Position numbers and translations under genes: made by a program. Under the pieces are notes generated by a model. The model was not told where the DNA came from. It searched no databases and was given only the letters and a program-made list of their open reading frames with translations. From the NCBI GenBank assembly GCA_002689455.1, contig NZGE01000002.1, positions 1 through 57,988 on the forward strand: a stretch of DNA of 57,988 nucleotides. Direction: 5' to 3'. Of the stretch, positions 57,210 through 57,988 are shown in pieces; within the stretch, counting starts at the first letter, position 1; each line of letters begins with the position of its first letter. Origin of the DNA: Magnetococcales bacterium (GTDB taxonomy: Bacteria > Pseudomonadota > Alphaproteobacteria > UBA2136).

Positions 57210-57923
57210 ATGAAAAAAATCGCTGTTTTAATGCTTGTTGTTGCCCTTTCAGCTTGTGCGAGACAAAACACACTTGACCCAAATGCTATGACATACTCTG
57301 AATCACAGTCTATTGTATCTGTTGAACGTGGTGTGGTTATTGGCGTTGAGCAATCAAACGTTTTTATTGAAGGGCGTGATGACGCTGGTGTTGCTGGTGC
57401 TGTATTGGGTGGTTTAGCAGGTTCGCAAGTTAGCAGTGGTTCAGGGCGTGATGTTGCAATTGCCGTAGGTGCGCTTGGTGCAAACTATTTAGGTAAAAAA
57501 CTTACAGAAAAAAATGAACTGGCTTTTGTTTACACTGTTGAAAAGAAAAATGGTGGTATTATGACCGTTGCCCAAACAGGAAATATGATTAACATCGGAT
57601 CCCCAGTTTTGGTGCGTACATTTACAAATGGTCGTAAAACGATTGCATTTGACCAGTCTCAAGGTAAAACTTTTACAAGAACACAAAGCACAACCTATGA
57701 AGGTGACGCTGAAAAAGCAGCTGCAGCGGCAAAAGCACGTGCCCGTGCAGCAGCGGCAGCTCAAGCTGAATCAGCTAAGAAAACAAGCCGTGAAGACGCT
57801 GAATATCAGCTAGAGCTTGAAAGTAAAAAATTAGAACTTGAAAGTCAAAGGCTTGATGTGGAGCGTAAAACAAAACGTGTAAACCGTGAAGATGATTTCA
57901 TCAATAAAGAATTAGAAAATTAA
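57210..57923 (+). CDS. glycine-zipper outer-membrane lipoprotein (SlyB / 17-kDa-antigen-like) with an Ala-rich coiled-coil tail
   Basis: Lipobox LSAC, glycine zipper GVAGAVLGGLAGSQVSSGSG..AIAVGALGA, C-terminal AAAAAKARARAAAAAQAE and a coiled coil. Confidence 0.7.
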   Translation: MKKIAVLMLVVALSACARQNTLDPNAMTYSESQSIVSVERGVVIGVEQSNVFIEGRDDAGVAGAVLGGLAGSQVSSGSGRDVAIAVGALGANYLGKKLTEKNELAFVYTVEKKNGGIMTVAQTGNMINIGSPVLVRTFTNGRKTIAFDQSQGKTFTRTQSTTYEGDAEKAAAAAKARARAAAAAQAESAKKTSREDAEYQLELESKKLELESQRLDVERKTKRVNREDDFINKELEN

Positions 57924-57929
57924 TTCAAA

Positions 57930-57956
57930 AAAAGCCTTCGTACTGAAGGCTTTTTA
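57930..57956 (+). terminator. rho-independent terminator
   Basis: gccttc(57934-57939) pairs with gaaggc(57945-57950), followed by a T-run. Confidence 0.65.
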
Positions 57957-57988
57957 TTTGCGTTTTTTTGGCGTATACTATGTGTATT

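Noticed and set aside
1-57988. CRISPR arrays, IS elements/transposases, prophage or known defence-system genes
   Set aside because: Reading both strands, I noticed no regularly spaced direct repeats, no terminal inverted repeats bracketing a transposase-like ORF, and no nuclease, helicase or integrase signatures. By-eye screening cannot exclude short or degenerate elements.

Overview
AT-rich, roughly 58 kb chromosomal window, probably from a flagellated alphaproteobacterium. That placement is inference only. It rests on a Cys-less L31 of the alphaproteobacterial type, a cytochrome bc1 complex with cytochrome c1, a rod-binding-only FlgJ, and a glycine-zipper lipoprotein resembling the 17-kDa antigen. 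Contents in order: nadE; petABC; and flagellar/chemotaxis genes in four blocks. The blocks are [61-aa ORF]-flgI-flgJ-like-flgN-like then flgK-flgL-csrA-fliW; cheW; fliI-fliJ; and cheR plus flhA / flhF-flhG-fliK-like. At least four of these units carry sigma54-type promoters. Next comes an acyl-CoA/2-oxoacid catabolic block (gcdH-like, two further acyl-CoA dehydrogenases, a fused indolepyruvate:ferredoxin oxidoreductase, an HI0933 flavoprotein, a thiolase). After that: methylcitrate-cycle genes prpB and prpC-prpD, an exported msrB-thioredoxin pair, tRNA(CAU), fumC, an AmpD-like amidase, an unusually long RNase P RNA, rlmN, a catalytically degenerate Asd/USG-1 paralogue, and a non-classical (type E, CCG-subunit) succinate dehydrogenase locus. 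I saw no transposase, integrase, CRISPR array or recognisable defence genes, so most of the window is core metabolism and motility. Leads worth following: (1) a dnaX-like A-AAA-AAG slippery site with an upstream SD-like element at the end of the small ORF that closes the sdh locus; (2) the split type E SDH locus with extra orphan ORFs and a divergent wHTH gene between sdhA and sdhB; (3) an RNase P RNA with a ~175-nt insertion at P12; (4) an Asd-like protein lacking the catalytic Cys/His; (5) small orphan paralogue families (three 100-codon genes at 55.9-57.0 kb, a tandem pair at 39.1-39.6 kb, an exported Cys-pair tandem at 49.2-49.9 kb). All functional calls come from reading motifs by eye. 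No database search was run.
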